A stretch of DNA of 36,662 nt from an uncultured Pseudomonadota bacterium (GTDB lineage: Bacteria > Pseudomonadota > Alphaproteobacteria > Rs-D84). The DNA is taken from contig CAMVAR010000001.1 in NCBI GenBank assembly GCA_947165555.1, positions 1 through 36,662 on the forward strand, read 5' to 3'. The notes beneath the pieces are model-generated. The model saw only the letters and a program-made list of their open reading frames with translations. It ran no database searches and was not told where the DNA came from. This document shows positions 34,378-36,662 of the stretch, one piece after another (the stretch's first letter is position 1; each line of letters starts with the position of its first letter). The position numbers and the translations under genes were made by a program.

Positions 34378-36662
34378 ATGAGATTTCTTTTAAAAATTGT
34401 TGGTTTTTTGCCGGTTTTGTGCATGTTTGATGCGGGCGCGGCGGTGCGTGCGGGTGCGGGTGGAAACACCAATTCGACCGGGCGTATTTCGGTTTCGCCA
34501 TCGATTGGTGTAACATCGACGGCCGGTATGGCGGCGGCGCGGCGTTTGCCGACGATGGTTTCGGCGAAAAATGTTGCGGCGGCGGCGATTGCGGCGGCAT
34601 CTGTTAATACAACAACGTCATCATCATCGTCGTTAATGACGGAACGCGAATGTGTTGATGCCTATACCGAATGTATCAAGGATGCCGATGTTTGTGGTAT
34701 TGGTTTTGAAGAATGTACAACATCTGAATTATTCTATGCAAAAAAGCCCCAGTGTAACAGTGTTTTGTTGCAATGTGATGCAACCGGTATCAATACATTG
34801 TTTGGGACATCGAATACGGATAATCTGGCGACGAAAAATACGACCGGTGAATATGTGTATCCCACCGCGTCCAGTATCCTGGGCCAGTTTATAGAGGCCG
34901 GTGCCATCAATAATCGCCTTGATACGACGGCATGCGTAAAACGCTATACATCATGTTTAAAGAAAGAGAGTGTGTGTGGCGAATATTTTGAATTATGTAC
35001 ATCAAATGCCGAATTTAAAAAGCAAAAGATTTTCTGTGAATCGACATTGGCCCGGTGCCAGGATGGTGGCCTGAATGAATTGTTGGGTTCGACAAATGTG
35101 TCCGCGAACCCCACATCGGCCAGTCGTATTGGTGTCATGATTCGCGAAGGTGCGGATTTGGCCGCGGTTAATGCCGTGTCCACGTGTTACAAGGTTGCCG
35201 ACCAATGTATCCTGTCGGCGTGTACCGCGAACCCATATAAATGTATAGTGGACAGTAACACCGAATTGGTTATGCGTACCGATGATATAAACGAAGATAA
35301 TACGGTCAAGGCCGACACCACCGGCGCATTTATTGATGCGATTACGACGTCAACGGTTTCGCGTTATATCCGGTCATCGTGTGCCGAAACGATTGGGGGC
35401 AACAAATATTGCTATATGACCGTGAATGACGGGCGTGTTCCGACGGCGTCCCAGATTAACGACGAAGAAAACCGTTCGGATGTATATTCTGATATTTATT
35501 CGGCGCGCATGAACAGTGCGTTACGTGAAAAAATCCAAAAATTGGCCGACACATTTGATAAAAAGACCAAGGATAAATGTTCCGATACGATTACCGCCTG
35601 TGCGATGCGTTCGTGTGGTTCGGGATTGGGGTCGGCGTGTTATGAGTTGGTGTTTGGTTCCGGGCGTAATTGCTTTGACGGGACGACGGGCGGTGGCACA
35701 TGTTCGATTAACGGCAATTCAACATATAACGAGGTTAAGATTGGATGTGAATCAATTGTGAATACCGATGCAAATTGTAAATATGCGGCGGCATCCGTTG
35801 GTTCCAAGACATACGGTTATGAATATAACACCGCCGATGCATTCGACAGATTGTTCCCGGCATTGGAAAATGGCACGGACCCGATTGGGGTTGTGTCCCG
35901 ATTGAATGCGTCGTTGGCGGAAAATTATAACAATGCCGCGATTGAAAGAATGGCCAAACAGTGCAAAAATACGGCGGTCAGTTGTATTCGTTCACTGTGT
36001 GGTTCGGACTTTACAAATTGCTATCGTAACCGTACGGATGTTATGACCGATACGTATGCGACCGCATCACATCCGGATTCACAGGCGGCAACCGGCACGG
36101 ATGAAAACGGTCATACGATTACATATGATTCTTCGGCGTTTGATAAAAGTATGAACAAGGTTGGCGGGGTACTTGACTTTACGATTGTTCGTGGTTTGTG
36201 TATAAATACCGTCAAAGAGGCCGATGTGTGCGATGAACATTTGAAAATTCAGGCAATTAAGACTTACACCGGCCAGGGTGGTAAAACCGGTTGGGGTGAT
36301 AATAAGAGTGTTCGTGACGCATGGGTTGGTGCGGTCAAAGATGGCTATTCGGCACGCGTTAGCCGTGATGACGAGGCCGTATTGATTGGTTGTCGTGCAT
36401 CAGATTCCAAGGGTGGAAAATGTGACATCAATGTTATTGCGGAATGTGATACCGTTGATACGAATGGTTGCGTCTATGATGTCGAAGCGTACGAGGCACG
36501 TAATGTTTACCAGTTGAATATGGCGGCGAATACATTATTCCAAGAGGTTATGGGTGACCTGGAATTAGAGGCCCAGGCAAAGTATAACGCCAAATTGACG
36601 CGTGAACAGAATATGTGCATGTCCGCGAACAGTGGTGGCATTATGGGACGTAAAGATATTGC
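34378..36662 (+). CDS. Very large secreted Cys-rich repeat protein (5' partial, at least 761 aa, runs off the window)
   Basis: This ORF is absent from the track because no stop is reached. I translated the frame by hand from ATG 34378 to 36662 and found no stop. The signal peptide is MRFLLKIVGFLPVLCMFDAGAA, followed by an Ala/Ser/Thr-rich linker. By manual count there are about 38 Cys. A tandem 94-aa module carries the pattern C-x6-C-x6-C-x6-C-x12-C-x6-C. The antisense ORFs here are shadows. Confidence 0.85.
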   Translation, partial: MRFLLKIVGFLPVLCMFDAGAAVRAGAGGNTNSTGRISVSPSIGVTSTAGMAAARRLPTMVSAKNVAAAAIAAASVNTTTSSSSSLMTERECVDAYTECIKDADVCGIGFEECTTSELFYAKKPQCNSVLLQCDATGINTLFGTSNTDNLATKNTTGEYVYPTASSILGQFIEAGAINNRLDTTACVKRYTSCLKKESVCGEYFELCTSNAEFKKQKIFCESTLARCQDGGLNELLGSTNVSANPTSASRIGVMIREGADLAAVNAVSTCYKVADQCILSACTANPYKCIVDSNTELVMRTDDINEDNTVKADTTGAFIDAITTSTVSRYIRSSCAETIGGNKYCYMTVNDGRVPTASQINDEENRSDVYSDIYSARMNSALREKIQKLADTFDKKTKDKCSDTITACAMRSCGSGLGSACYELVFGSGRNCFDGTTGGGTCSINGNSTYNEVKIGCESIVNTDANCKYAAASVGSKTYGYEYNTADAFDRLFPALENGTDPIGVVSRLNASLAENYNNAAIERMAKQCKNTAVSCIRSLCGSDFTNCYRNRTDVMTDTYATASHPDSQAATGTDENGHTITYDSSAFDKSMNKVGGVLDFTIVRGLCINTVKEADVCDEHLKIQAIKTYTGQGGKTGWGDNKSVRDAWVGAVKDGYSARVSRDDEAVLIGCRASDSKGGKCDINVIAECDTVDTNGCVYDVEAYEARNVYQLNMAANTLFQEVMGDLELEAQAKYNAKLTREQNMCMSANSGGIMGRKDI

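Noticed and set aside
34325-35761. Track ORFs overlapping the Cys-rich gene: 34325-34600 (-), 34652-34894 (+), 34944-35205 (-) and 35516-35761 (+).
   Set aside because: They are off-frame or antisense to a 2.3-kb uninterrupted frame that has a signal peptide and conserved Cys spacing. The Pro-, Arg- and His-rich translations are typical of wrong frames in GC-richer DNA.

Overview
This window is chromosomal DNA from an AT-rich Gram-negative bacterium, probably a host-associated alphaproteobacterium. The taxonomic guess rests on the PheT N-terminus MKWSYEWLK, a Cys-free L36 and the DUF374-lpxK linkage; it is an inference and no search was run.

Positions 1-14.5 kb are housekeeping genes: pheT, pheS, rplT and rpmI on the minus strand, then mreC-mreD-mrdA-rodA-topA, a small ORF and dnaG on the plus strand. 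These are followed by ychF, a stand-alone SufD-like gene and an rpmJ gene that is too short for the ORF track.

Positions 14.5-18.2 kb hold an AT-rich leader packed with about 10 GTTGAAAA motifs. It precedes an orphan virB3-virB4 pair and a small secreted HExxH protein. Next come lrgA, a frameshifted lrgB, and a ygiW-like gene.

Positions 19.9-26.2 kb look like an accessory island next to an initiator tRNA-fMet. The island is bracketed by a ~58-bp direct repeat, and a 20-nt copy of the tRNA 3' end lies near its right edge. It carries a translationally coupled trio for which I recognise no family:
- a glycine-zipper repeat exoprotein;
- a 1052-aa protein with a Cys-rich ectodomain, membrane segments and an HExxH zincin domain;
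- a 100-aa helical partner.

The island also contains 470 bp without a convincing ORF and a MYG1-like gene.

Positions 26.4-29.5 kb encode a DUF374-like protein, lpxK, lpxC and a lipoprotein. Positions 29.6-34.3 kb encode a type IVb-pilus-like assembly core: PilO-like, PilP-like, a GspE-family ATPase and a GspF-family platform. No pilin, prepilin peptidase or secretin is visible in the window. This core is followed by a very large Cys-rich repeat exoprotein that runs off the window end and is therefore missing from the ORF track.

All family assignments come from motif recognition by eye.
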